Shown: piece by piece, positions 49,241 to 63,200 of the stretch
How the letters are laid out: each line of letters starts with the position of its first letter
Position numbering within the stretch: position 1 is the stretch's first letter
Assembly: GCF_040938485.1 (NCBI RefSeq)
Contig: NW_027271077.1
Coordinates: forward strand, 186,001 to 250,000
Direction of reading: 5' to 3'
DNA: 64,000 bases
DNA from: Diadema antillarum
Lineage: Eukaryota
Made by a program: the position numbers and the translations under genes
The notes under the pieces: generated by a model
Told to the model about the DNA's origin: nothing
What the model saw: only the letters and a program-made list of their open reading frames with translations
The model's database searches: none

Positions 49241-52200
49241 AGATCTTGGAGAGGGCGTTTCAAAGGTCACCACTCACTAGTAATCTGTTCCACTCATTTA
49301 TCACTGGCCAGTTTTCATGTCGACTTGTCAAAAGACCGCTTAGTTATTGGCGCAGAGTCAGTCCGGAGTCCACTAGTGGGCAGCAGCTACAAAAGGAACG
49401 TAATCACATCCAGGTCCCTTTTTGTACCTCCTCGTGCATTTAATGCTGACATATACGCTGCGAGTTTTCGACTTGCCGAGATCACTAGAGTTAAATTCGA
49501 CTCTCATTTGCAGAGAATGGCTCATGTGCCGTTGTCAGTAAACTGCAATAAACTTCTAAATTCCCCCATGTTGATTGTTTATTTTCTCCTGAGCTAGAAC
49601 ATCTCCGCGCGAACCGTGCTCACCGGTGTAGCCAGCTCTCCCCGTGACCCAGCTTCGTTTGCCAGCCAATAAATCACGCGTGACAGCGCGCTCCCGCTTT
49701 GTTTGGAGTTGACTATCCCGTGGCGGACCCGATACGAAGCTTGATAGAATTTTGAAGGGTTGAAATAATAAACACCGAAGTTCAGAGTACCTTTCCAATG
49801 CACGGGCTGAACTCATTCTTTTCCGCTGAACATAGTCGAACATTACGGAAAACTGGAGTTTGAGATAACCAGTCCTGTCAATATCGGCGCCAATTTTGAC
49901 GCTCTGACTAACAGAAAGTGTAAAAAGATTAATGCCCACGTAAAAAGAAAAAAAAAGTCCCGATTTTGTATATGTTTTAACAAAATCTACGGCGGAATTG
50001 GCAACTACTTAATACCATGGAGATGTGAATTACTCAAAGCTAAATCCAATGAAGAATGATGGATTCGGGAAGTTTGCAATTTGTGCAAAACAGGCAAACG
50101 AACAAAAAGAAAGATTGGAATTGATGTCCACTATGGAAGCATGCAGGAAATGTGGAATAAAAACCAAACAAAAATGATTTGTCCAATAGCGATTATTTCT
50201 TTTAACATAACACCTGTAGGAAGAAAAGACCGCATCGTTCCCAACCAAGAGTGAAGACAGGCTTACCTTCCAGTATTTATTTTGTCCCTCGCTCCGTAGT
50301 ACACTCACCAGGTGGGCGGATGTCCACGAATTGACGCCCCTGGGTGAATATACCACCCCTTCACCCCTACTCCGTTTTTGCCTTTTTTTCTTAACTCGTT
50401 TTCTAGGTCATCACTTTTTCTCAAGACATGCCAGTGGTCTAGCTGTGTTATGGATGCATTTTACCGCCTTGATCCAAATTTGATGAATCTTTCTAAGATA
50501 TGAAATCCAAGATTCAAGTTTGATTATTGTCTGCATGTAAAAATATAGATACAATCTTCGGATATTAAAGAAGTTCGAAGCGCTTAGGTTTTATGCACAT
50601 ACATGTAATTCAGTATACAAGACGGCATACGAATAAAATAAATATTCAGTGCACAATGAAACACCATGCACATCACCCCACCCCCTCTAGAACAATTCAT
50701 AAGGTATACAGTCCCACACTTATATAAGCATGTAGGTACTAGTATCTTAAGATAATCTATTGATAAGAGCTTTGAAGGAACAGGAAGAAATCAATTTCCC
50801 AAGAATAACAAAAAAAGCACATTATACCAACAAAGATTGGTTTACGATGTATGTATGTATGATATGCAAATATTGAGAGGAAATACAAAACCTGTGTTTA
50901 TATGTCATCTCATCTGCACACATACTGGGCACTTCCACTTTTAAAATCCGAGATAAGTTTAATAAATGAACGTAAACTATACTTTCTTTTACTGGAGAAT
51001 TAACCCCGAGTCCACTTAGAGCTTAAGTGAATTAGGTGAATAAACAATACAAATGGCATAGTGTTTAAGGCGTAATGAAATATAAGGCATAACTTAAGGT
51101 ATTATGACAATGGAATTTGGATACCGATGATGATGTATTGACAACATCAAGTTAAATATAAGTTGTTCATGATTCACTCCGCCACGAGAATCTACGTGGC
51201 ATTTCTAAAAGTGAATGCAGCAAGTTCAATGTTACATCACAATAGATGATCCGTTCCCTTTTTCAACGCAGACTTCACTGCGGCTCTGTATATATCTTGT
51301 GAAAGTTTATTTTTGGCAGGTAGAAATCTCTAAGGGCAATTTGGCGCCAAGACGGTTGCATAAATTCACACGTAATTTGGCGCTCTCGCCTGTGCACAAT
51401 GGCTGATTCTCTCGTGGCATTTCGAACGAAAACACCGCCTACTTCTGTGCCTCTCTGTTGGCCAAGGAAGGAGGTTATGGCACGCCAAAGGGGGATGCTA
51501 TAAGGTTATGATGGGTCTGTAATACACTGATTTAGTAATGTTAGTAGTCAACTTTATGAATGTTGAACTTTTTTCTCCGGGGTCCTCTATGTATTGTAGT
51601 GAGAAGCTTTTCCATTAACTCGTTCCTGATGAATAAACATCAATGCTGGAATCCACTCTGCATATTCGAGCTGTTGCTATGTCGGGCAAGCCGTGGGCAA
51701 GCTGTCTGGTTGTCAGGAACAAACCTTTGTGTAGAGAAATGTGCATGAAATTAGAATACAGTATAGTAAATCTGTCAATTAGTCAAATATGCACAGTATA
51801 TTAATATACAGCTACGAGGACTTCGATGACTTCATCTCTGAGGTATGCCGCCATAGACTGGGTTGTTGTTGTTTTTAAAGAGTTGACAGCGATATGACCT
51901 GCACAGATGCTTTGAAAATCTAAGGGTAAAGTCATGAATATGAAGACGCAGGTGGATTCTGAAACTGAGTTGTTGTTGTTGTTTTTTTAACGCGAAGTGA
52001 CCAAGCAGATCATTCAATGAAGACCGCTATAGAAGGCACGATAATAGCATGTTCCATTATAGTATGTTCCTCTATAAGTGACTGCATTGCAAACGAACTA
52101 CAAAAAGTGAAGCCTCGGTGGCGTTTCTTTTTTTTTCAGAGAGACAAAATTATCAGTGTGAAATGGAAGTGATGCTGAAGGTATTCCATGACGAAAAGAT

Positions 52201-52771
52201 TCCTTCGTTTCTTGACGAGCTAAGGTCCATTAGCGGTAGGAGTAAGCCCTTGCAAACTCTCACGATTCTAACCTGCATCAGCAGACGACAGCCAGTGTCC
52301 GTCCTTCCTGCAATTTCATTTCGTGTCAGGGAATAGCCAAAGAAACGGCACAGATGGCCGGGTAAACTAGTTGGTCATTATAATGCCTGGATGTGTACAG
52401 GCTTGTTTGCATCGGTATTCTAGCCCTAGCAACCAGTTACAAGTATAAGAGTTATCTAGATTACGTATAACGCCAGCACGAATATCTTTTGCGATAATTC
52501 ATAATGTCAGTGTCGACCCGAAGTATAAAGATGATTATATGGAAAAGAATAAGATTTTTCAGTTTGTTGACAACTTTGAAAGAAAATGCTGCTGATATAG
52601 AGGCAATCCTAACTCCTTACGTGACGAGCAAGTTTCCTGCATCAAGGTTTGATATGGTGGACAATAATATCCAATTCCACACAATATCTCAATCGCGGAA
52701 AAGGTCTGGATCAAATGCGCTTCAACCATCTCGAGGGCAGAAAACATCCTTTGTTACGGATACTAATTACG

Positions 52772-52775
52772 TCTC

Positions 52776-52811
<36 letters not shown>

Positions 52812-52993
52812 GTCTCTCACTCTATCTTTCTGTCTATCTATCTCTATCTGTGCATCTCTCTGTATCTATCTCTCTCTCCCTCTATCCCCATATCTATCTA
52901 TCTCTCTCTCTATATGTATATCCATTTATCTCTATCTATCTATGTATCTATTTATCTATCTATCTATGATATCATCTATCTGTCTCTATCTAT
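52772..52993. repeat. (CT)n/(CTAT)n low-complexity tract
   Basis: Directly visible. Confidence 0.9.
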
Positions 52994-55172
52994 ACTAGGC
53001 CCTATCTCGAAAACTCATGGACGACTTTCTCTGAACAGCCAATTGCAGATCATCTCTTCAAATTTTCTTAAATGTTCACGTAGGCCAAATTCTGCCTGCT
53101 TGTCAGACGTATTCCCCAACGGCTCCGCATTGCTTCGGATGCCTGGAAAAACATCAGATGAAAAGATCCATCCTCATTGTTTTCATAATATCCCACAAGG
53201 CGCAATTTCCCTTCCCCCTTTTTTATATCTTTCCCTGCCCACGTTTTCGGCTCAGTCATCAGGCCCTCATTAGTGTTTCAATCCCAAGAGGTCGATGATT
53301 CCTCGTTGAGCACTCCACTTCTACCGGCAAAAATTAATAACGAAACAAGCTGGGAGCAGAAAATCCAGGGCCAGTCTACTTACTCGTTAGCGCATATGCA
53401 GCGGAGAATCCATCTGAAATGATCTGTGTAAAAACACACAGCCTACACACCTAACGATGCTCTGATTACTCTCTTGTGGCAACATAGCAAACTTTTGAGA
53501 GTAAAGCTTGGTTACAGTTACAGAAATTCGAAGTACCCAAGAAGAAGACAGCTATCATCTCAGTAGTATGCATTCGCAATCTGTTATTTTCTTGTGCTAC
53601 GTGGTGCATGGTGTAATAAGCTGTATTCGATTGAGGAGACGAGCATAAAAATAGCATTAAACACCAACCAAGTGCTCAGTTTGACAATCTGACATTTACT
53701 TAATGAGATCTAGTTCCGTTGCATCTTGCGGTTTTCTGTAGGTGTTCTTCTGCTCTGTAATCACACCTGTTGTGGTCGAAATGTGAACTCGAATCATGAG
53801 GCAAGAAGAAGGATAGAAAAGGAGAATCAAACCACCATTTGCATTTGACATTCAAGAAACTCGATAAAAACTGGGACAGAGCGTGAAAGCGTTACAAAAA
53901 CAAGGAAATTGGAAAACGGATCGGTTAACCGTGGATGCAGAGCGGACAGTGAGCAATTTGAATGCGGTCACGCCGGACGAACTAAATCAGGTAATGGTCA
54001 AACTGGTCACTCCATGCATGAAGTGATAAAGAGGAGATTCAAGATCTAGGGTGCTGGGCTTGACTCTTTAGTATCAGACCGCAACCACGTGACCTCAGTC
54101 GGCCTCACTTAAACTGGCATCCATCAGAATGCACTGCACTGTCCAGATGAGGTGGGGTTAGGAGTGTTTGGGCCAGGGAATCGCTCGCAGGAATCTTTGG
54201 TGAAGGAAGAGCTGACATCGATGGATGATTATCGTCTCATCCGACATGTAAAACTACCTGTTTCGTGGTCGCAATCCCGGCGAAGATTTATAGCTGGCCG
54301 CTATCATTCTTCGCCCCTCTGTTTTGAGCGCAAGATGTCATTAAACGCAGCCCGGGAGCAAGCCTTAGACATAAATCAGGCTGATTACTGCCGAGACAAA
54401 GCTGCAGGAAGCACATCATCGTGGAAGCGGTATTCCGCATCGCCGATTCGTCATTTGATAAAGTCATCTTTCGTTTGGTAGCGAAACGAAGGATTTTCTC
54501 CGTTTTACAAAAGTCGATGAGCTGAAATGTCGTAATCAATAGTCCGCGCTGGAAATCGAGAAAGAGACATTCTTATTGCGCCAAACCAAACGAGGAAAGA
54601 GTCGATTTCATCGTGATAATCATAATGATTCTCATGCAGAAACCAGATAGACTACGTCCTTGTTATTCTCTGTTCTCTCTTATCAGTCAAACTTATAAAA
54701 GTTTGATTTATATTTACTTTATAGACTATAAATCGCACTTTCAGCCGCTCCCTGTTTTACTTTTGATTATGACTACTCAGCAAATGTTCCATAAATAACA
54801 AACACTTTGTGATTAAGGACGACCCTCTTCAAAACGACACACATCTTCTCCATTTCTAGGAGAAATGAGCAAGTAGCAGTCACTTCCTATTCCCTAAATT
54901 ACACAGAAATTGAAGAGATTATTTGATATCTCACGAGGCATTTGAAACCTTATCAAGTAAACGACAATGCAAGAATAGACTGGCAGAAGATGACAACAAG
55001 CTTCTTTGGCGTATTTCGACACAAACACCTTTTCGCGGAGCTCGCTCCGTTGATAGATGAAAAGATGATACACCAATTAATTGTCCATTTCCAATCTGTC
55101 AATCTGTCCTTGGGTGTTTAGCGGGATTTCTACGATTTGATTGCTCTACTTTATTATCTTAACGTTTAACGA

Positions 55173-55382
55173 GGAGTCACTGCATGTGGTGTAGTGGATG
55201 ATACTCTCGACTTTGAAACGGAGGGTCCGAGTACGAGTCCTATCAAGTGCTTACGTCCGTGGACAACATGGCCTTTTCCACGATGTCTCTATCGACTCAA
55301 ATGTAGGAATGTGTACCCCGCATTGTTGGGGTAATATAATAATGGCAGGGTCATTTTAAAAGAACAATACCAGTCTATACCC
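55173..55382 (+). mobile_element. Degenerate tRNA-derived SINE truncated by an assembly gap
   Basis: A-box-like TGGTGTAGTGG and decayed B box GAGTACGAGTCC, then a body (TCTCTATCGACTCAAATGTAGGAATGTGTACCC...GTTGGGGTAAT) related to the SINE at 9265-9499. Confidence 0.6.
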
Positions 55383-55540
55383 NNNNNNNNNNNNNNNNNN
55401 NNNNNNNNNNNNNNNNNNNNNNNNNNNNNNNNNNNNNNNNNNNNNNNNNNNNNNNNNNNNNNNNNNNNNNNNNNNNNNNNNNNNNNNNNNNNNNNNNNNN
55501 NNNNNNNNNNNNNNNNNNNNNNNNNNNNNNNNNNNNNNNN
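55383..55540. other. Assembly gap (N run)
   Basis: Run of n. Confidence 1.
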
Positions 55541-55833
55541 TAAAACGGGCAAATTTGGCGTTGTAACGTTCTATCTTTATGTACTTATTCATCTGTGCAT
55601 GTCCCGCATGTTTATGCTCGAAGAAAAATATTACGTTTATTAATCTGCAATACTTGCCGTGCTTGTCGTGGTATGTGTTGAATGTGTCAACATTATTTCC
55701 ATGAATATGAATTGAAAACAGTGAAATGAAATTACCATTGTGCTTCATGGTAATTCTTTCTCGTACTGGTGACGTGTAGATGATACCGCCTATTAAATCT
55801 TGAAATTTTATAGAATCTGCCTACTTTAAAAGC

Positions 55834-56048
55834 CTAACATAAGACATATACAATACGTATTTACAAAATTCCTCTAATCTTTCATTGACGAGCACCTCGA
55901 AACCTATACCTGATGTTCATTACCTCGTCATCAGCACCAGCCTCGCTACACTCGAGACTGGTATTGAAAGGTCAGGGGCAATGGTAAACTATTGAAACAA
56001 ATTGGTGTTTCATAGCAATGACTGTAAACAAGCTTTAGTTTAATATCT

Positions 56049-56103
<55 letters not shown>

Positions 56104-56249
56104 ATAATAATAAACTATAGCCTCGAGTGTAGTGAGGCTGGTGCTGATGATGAGGTAATGAATATAAGGCATAGGTTTCGAGGTGTCAAAGGTTTCAAAG
56201 GAAGATTAGAGGAATTTTGTAAATGCGCATTGCATACGTCTTATGTTAG
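55834..56249. repeat. Foldback with ~125-bp arms around a (TA)n-containing spacer
   Basis: 55834-55956 (...TTACCTCGTCATCAGCACCAGCCTCGCTACACTCGAG) is complementary to 56122-56249 (CTCGAGTGTAGTGAGGCTGGTGCTGATGATGAGGTAA...). Confidence 0.85.
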
Positions 56250-59200
56250 TCACTGTAGATATGGCACTCCTAGGATACTTCCAGCTTGCCGTTTTCGCAA
56301 TACACCATACGATAAATCACCACACAAGCAGCGCGTGCATTGTTTATAGAGACAAGAATAAGGTGCAAAGAAAAACATGTATGTATTGGAACAGAGAGCA
56401 ACGGATACACTACTAGTATGCATTTTGCGTATTTGTGTGTGTGTGTGTCTGTGTGTGTGTGTGTGCTTGGGGGGGGGGGAGTGTTTGTCTCTGATTTGTC
56501 GAGTCCTCCAAGTTGTGTGTTTGTTCTCGGAAGTCAGTTCCGATGTCCTCACGAGTAGGCTTACCTATCGGGACACGTATTTACTATGTGGCGGAAGTTT
56601 TAAGCATCCCTAAAGGGCCCTCCAGCGCAACCTGTGTACAAACAACGCTACTCGAGATACGCCTGAAACGGAGATATTGGACACACGAATAGCGGGCAAA
56701 TGATTTAAATCGCATTCAGTGACCTAAAGTTTCTGCCCATTGTGATGTCACAACGCATCAATGTCCCGCGTGTTTGCACTGATGTCAGAGATCTACGTAC
56801 ATAATGATGGTACACTTAAATGACGATATTTTATGACGCATGATTGTTTTTTGAAGTACGTAAAGTTGATTGCCACTGATCCACATCGTCTTTTTGAGAA
56901 CATACAGTGAAAAGTTAAACATCAAGGTATGAAAATTGTGAAGAACACAAATCAGATGCTGATGCTTGTAACTGCGTTAACCAAACTCTACTCCGTTCAT
57001 TGTGACGCAAGCACGCATTCCGTGAGTGAATCCGTTTCCTCATCCGTAAGATTCGTGGTGGCGTGTAGGAATTTGTCTAGATGTCCGTGGGATTGCGTTT
57101 GTTGTGGAAGTCTTACTGTCCATGACGCAAATATGCTCATGTCTGTTTTTTTTCCTTGCATACGCAAGCTTACCCCTTGCTCTCATGCGGATCAACATTG
57201 TAAGTATAATATACACGTGTAGAGATGGAGAGATTATTGCGCGTAGGAATGATGGGAGTATAACTATCATCATTATCCTCCTCCGATGTGCTGAAGCAGA
57301 AATGGTGTCCGGAATCTCTTTGGCAAGGTTCCTACCCATCAGGGAAGGTTTGCCTTTCCCGTCTCCCAGAAGAACGAGATACTGACGACCACCGTTATGG
57401 CATCAGCGTGTCCTATCGTCAATTGACTGTGTCGGACACTTAGTCCACTGGATGCTTAAGATCATTATCTGGAGGCACTGTCCTTCACCGAAGACTGGTG
57501 TCGCCTGATTCGATCACGTATACGTTGAGTCGTAGCAAATGGCTGAGGTAGAAGTTTCCTTGGTTGAATTGAGGAATTAGTGAACATCTACCAGTCTCGA
57601 ACAGCACTTGCAGATAATTTTCTTATCACCGTCACATTCACTAGCGTTATGACCTTTTTCTTTTTGTAGGAAAAAAAAAACCCAGCAACAACACCTTGAG
57701 ATAAATAATGTGGTTTCAATCTTTCGCGATGGAAACCGCCCTCATCTATTGTACTGCTAGCGGTAATCGTGTGTAAATGGAGTGATTGAAGGTAGAAAAT
57801 CGTGTGGTCAACAAGTGGCAAGACACGTGTCAAGCGTCCAAAAAGAGACAAGTCTTGGCTGCGTGATTCTTGCCCCCGTGATGACACACATCCCTCTCTA
57901 GCGCACCGGGCCATAAAAACATTGTAACAGCCGCGATGGCGACAAATTCAGTAAACATTCGTCACAGTCTGAGAAATAAAATTAATTAACGCAACATACG
58001 GGAACTCTCGCGCGACCGGTCGATGACATTTACCATTCACCTCGCGGACCCGTATACTGAGTAACCCAGGCCTGGAGATGTTTTACGACAGTGTCTCACT
58101 AGTATTTGTACTGCCGCTGCCACAGGCGTCACCTCAGTACGGGGAACATGCCAATTGTATGCCAATAATACATCGCCAATGAATAGAGATCCAAGCTCAT
58201 GGACATGTTATTACTTGCTATATCAGTGACTAAAGGTAATTACAAGGACAGTTTCGGTCAGCAAGAAGACCTTAGAACTAATTCGTTTTTGAGCCAGTTA
58301 TTCAAACGTTGTTGTATATAGTATTTATGTTTAGTCCTTGTTATTTAAACTATAAAATCCATAGAAATGAGGTAAAAGCACAACAGAAATTTTGCCAGTC
58401 TTCCAAAATTAATAAATAGATAGATAGATAAATAAATGAATAAATAACGTTAAAAACAGATTCATACGCTGTTAAAAGAAAACGTTTTGTTTGAAGCCAC
58501 TGAAGTCACGATAAAAAAAAACCAGGCAAATACTCATGAAACGTCACAATAAGATTCTGTGTCTCATCACTGTCTTCATAATCATACCTTTCGCGCACTC
58601 ACAAACGCACGCACATGAATACAAATACACATTTTTGCATAATCTTCGTCTATCCAACACCAGATAATGAAGAGAATCTTTGTCAAATATTTTGTGGTCA
58701 TTGTTACTGTGTATAGGTCTTCATATATATATATATATAGGTGTGTGATACATAAGCTTTTTTTTTTCTTTGCCTTCTTTTTCCTCATACGAACACGTTC
58801 ATGCTCCCAATCCTTTCCGCGTCATTTCTTCACAAACAGGGTTTGACACATCAGTATTAGATTTGACGTTGATAATTCACAAAGTGAAATAATCCGCCAC
58901 GAGTCTTAATGGAATGCTATCAGTTTCTCGGACAGTCGCGCGGGGAGACGCCATTAAAATCATAAAGTGCACATTAGACGTGCTACGCACGAATCAATGC
59001 GCTTGTAGACAAGCGTTTATAAAGGGAATTAGGTCAAGATATAGAATTTCTGTTTGTGACAGCTGTTTGTGTTGCGACGCGCTTTTTATAGCCCCCAAAC
59101 CGTCAAGTCTTCGCGCTTTATAGCATCAAGGGATAAAAAGATGAAGAGAGGACTTAAAGTAGATGGCAATGAAAAGGCCAGGACGAGTCATGTCTTCCTC

Positions 59201-59414
59201 CATCTATTTCATTCCCTAATAATGATACTGGAATAATATGATAGAGCTGAGCGGCAGGAGCAAAACTTTGAGATGAACTATATACAGAACGGCATACGAT
59301 GTGCTGCGTAAAAAATCGTTACTCACAAATTGGTGATGCTATTGCAAACCCACGATTGCTCTTATGCACACATGCATTTGGAGAATGTTTGAATATTTTC
59401 TCTTCTCCACGTAC

Positions 59415-59981
59415 TTAAAGGACAAGTTCACCTTCATAAACATAAGGATTGAGAAAATGCAACAATATTAGTAGAACACATCGGTGAAAGTTTGAGGAAA
59501 ATTGGACAATCGATGCAGAAGTTATGAATTTTTTAAATTTTTGTGTTGAAACCGCTGGATGAGGAGACTACTACAGCTTGTGAGTCATATGCGTACAACA
59601 GTATAAAGAAAATGTAAAAGAAAATTCAACATATTTTCACTTTTTTCGCATAATAAAAGAGCACTTGACTTGCCTCTTTCTAAAGGCAGGGGGAATAATA
59701 TTACCCATAACATTTGTCGGTAACAAGTCAGGGGAATGTGTACTTTTTTCAAAAGATGGAATTTTGTGAAATTCTCTTTATGTTTTCCTTATATTGTTGT
59801 ACGCATGTGACATCTAAGTTATTCATACACTGCAGTATAGTCTTCTCATCCAGCGGGTACTGCACAAAAACTTCAAAAAAAAAAGATTGTCTGATTTTCC
59901 TCAAACTTTCAATGATGTGTTCTACTAATATTGATACATTTTCTCAATCCTTATGTTTATGAAGGTGAACTTGTCCTTTAA
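59415..59981. mobile_element. Young MITE, TTAA TSD, AG...CT termini (Kolobok-like)
   Basis: TTAA at 59415-59418 and 59978-59981. Perfect ~41-bp TIR AGGACAAGTTCACCTTCATAAACATAAGGATTGAGAAAATG. Confidence 0.9.
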
Positions 59982-60140
59982 TTCTTGAGCATTATATGGG
60001 ACAGTAAAATACACGGGCAATCACAAGCCACAGAAAATACACTGTGGTGAAATTTCCGACATTTCTTTTTAAAATCTTTCTGATTATATAATATCATGTA
60101 TGGTTATATGATTATACATATATTATGCAAAAAGATATAT

Positions 60141-60270
60141 NNNNNNNNNNNNNNNNNNNNNNNNNNNNNNNNNNNNNNNNNNNNNNNNNNNNNNNNNNNN
60201 NNNNNNNNNNNNNNNNNNNNNNNNNNNNNNNNNNNNNNNNNNNNNNNNNNNNNNNNNNNNNNNNNNNNNN
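60141..60270. other. Assembly gap (N run)
   Basis: Run of n. Confidence 1.
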
Positions 60271-63200
60271 NAATTATGCATAACGATTTATGTGTTCTTC
60301 CACATACTTTTTTCCTTAATTGATACTGGAACATGATAGAGCTCACCTGTAGGAGCAAAACTTTGAGATGAACTACAGAACGATACATACATCGTATTAT
60401 TATACATAATTATAATACATCTCTAACAATTTAGTGTTCTTGATGTCGAAGAGCGACTTCATCTTGAATCTGTTTGCATCATATTGTACACTGTATTCTA
60501 TTTTTAATTCTATATGTTCAGAGGGTTTAGATCTACTTTAGATCGACTTTTTACAGACAACTCTTTTCTCTGACCTGTTGTATTGGCTTGATTAGATCTG
60601 AAATTCAATGTTCATTGCGCTAAAAACATGCAAGTGTCTAACCCTCAAGAGCATGATATTACGGTAAACAAGTGATAAATGATACCTGAATAGATGTCGT
60701 GATTCAATGTCAAATGGAATACATGCTAATAAGGTATAACGCTAGAAAAATGAATTAATTTGAAATCCGCTGACAATATGTCAATTACGTGAGCCGGCTT
60801 CATGGGATAATTTGATTAACTACAGCTAAGCAATGTTTATCTATAATAAATCAAGACTACATTATCATAACTTCATGAAAGTGACATTGCATTATTTTGA
60901 TTAGTACATAATTCATTTCGATAAGGTCTCACCAAACTATATATTACTTCTTTTTTTCCAGCAGAGACAAGAAATCTCACCAAATCCAAAATTCACCACG
61001 TTTAAATCGGCAGTACCATTAATATCGGTTGTAAATCAGTATCTAACCGTTCGTTGAGCAAACTTACAATCAATTTGATACTCGTGCGGGGCCACACCAT
61101 GATACCACACTCCTTGGACCCGGCAACACTCGTCAAGTCACGTGGTTTAAAAGCTCCAATCCCTCCGCCCTCGTCTCTTTATCCATCCTTGGGCCTTTTA
61201 TTACCCATGGGGTCTGCATCATCCTTACGTCGAGTTGCCGGTGGGAGAGACCTTTTTGATCGAGGGAAGCATCGCTAGATCAGAGGTATAAACAGGTGGT
61301 AATAGAAACCGCGCTGATTCTGATTGCTATCCGGCGCTGTAAGCCGCGACATCGAGAGGTGACGTGCAGCGCTCCTTAGCCCACCGGCGGGCGGGTCGAC
61401 GATGCAAGCCGGATTACCCCGATAATGGACTCCGCTGTATCATTTACACCAGTGAGGAGCAGGGAGGAGGCTGAGTCAGTCTCTTTCAAAGGCCGAATGG
61501 AGGATATGGAGAAAGTATCGCGTCACTTTTGTCATTTTGGCGTCATAACCAGCTTAGTATTAGATCTTCTTCAAATTTGATGGGTTTCTTTTCAAGTCAT
61601 ATCTACATTAGGAGTCTTCATTGGTTAGAATAAGATGCTGGATAACATTAGGAAGAAACGCATAATTTTCAAACCAGCTACATCTATACGTCCTTCACAA
61701 AAGATGTTAGCAAATCAAACTACGGGAAAAATGCGTCAGTTGAGCGAGGGCCATCTCAATACCATCGAGTGCAATTTTAAACGAATTCTAAATTTCGGAA
61801 ATAGGTGGAATGAATATCAGATAATTAGGCACCTGTGTCAGAGTGTATGTCTGGAGTTTTGATTCACTTGTATATCTTCTGCTAACATGTAATTCTTTAT
61901 ATAGTGTGCCCCCTCCCCTTCAGTAACGTTTATTAGCAATGTTTAGAATTCTATAATTGAATTGTATTGCTAATTTACTTTCTGGGTAAGATGTCCCTGC
62001 ATTTCCTGAATCTTTATCCGCCCCTTGTTTGCTTGTCATCGTGACCTAGCGGGGATGGAGCCGGATGACACGGGGAAGTACTCCCTGATCCCCGTCCATC
62101 ACACCCGTCAGAGAACCCTAAGACCGGGGATCATTGTTCCACGAGGAAAACAAATAATAGGACGTGCCTGTTATGGTTTCGGGATGAGATGAGAGGAAGT
62201 TCCTTAGACCTTAATTTGACAATAACGGGCGGAGGTGCGTATGGATGCGGGTTACCCTCGTGTGGCATTTTGGAGCACGTCCTGAGACCGTTCTTCGATC
62301 AATCTTTTACCTTTATCATTTAAGGGGGTGCTGTGGTTTTGTGGATAGGACGCTGGACACGTCAGCAGGAAATCATAGATTCGAATCTCACTATCCCACG
62401 CATCCTTAGACAATATATTCTGCTCATATTGTCCCTCTCAATCTGGGTATTCATATTTGTATAGGGCCTATATGAATAAGAGTAGTTTGATGATAGCAGG
62501 AATGTGTTGAAGTGTATAGTACCTAAACCGAACAGAAAACTCTGAGTAAAGAAGGTCATCTCATTATTGTCATCATTGGGTATATAAATAGGCGAGACTT
62601 CAAAAAAAAAAAAAAGAAAGATGAATGTCGAGCAAAGTATGATGGCATGTCCTAAAGCGAAAAAAAAAAGTTCATTTGCACGACTTATTATATTGGTCTA
62701 TATTGAAGTGATCGTAGTGGAGATCCATCTGTGCCTATATACTCTAATATCTGCCTTTGACAAAGAGCATCGAAATTTATACCAAAAGACACTTACATCA
62801 TTTTTAGAAACCATCTTTGCGATACTCCTAGGATGAAGAGATGGATTGGAAGTTGGGGCTAAAGCTAGAAGCTTTAGCTAAAAGCTAAAACACGCAAAGT
62901 GTACACTGAAGAAGACTGCTTCAGCATCAGCGAAAGTATGTCCGAATCCGTCCTATATTATACCGATTATTCCCCTTTATGTTTTCCTGTCTCTTATATA
63001 AAAATACTTTTTTAAAAATCCGTAGAAGTTTCACACTGCAAAATTACGTGCCTGTGAGACCTATTGTAAACAATCACATTATTTCAGACCATCGTTTGGG
63101 TGATGCCTGATAATTTCGAAGCAATGGCAGACAAAACAATGTCTGTGATATCGCTGTGTCTCTGTTTCTACTTTTTATGAGAATTGAGGATTCACTTTAA

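Noticed and set aside
51179-51428. Short inverted and direct matches (GCCACGAGA / TCTCGTGGC; CGTGGCATTTC twice)
   Set aside because: Only 9-11 bp, with no TSD or extended arms.
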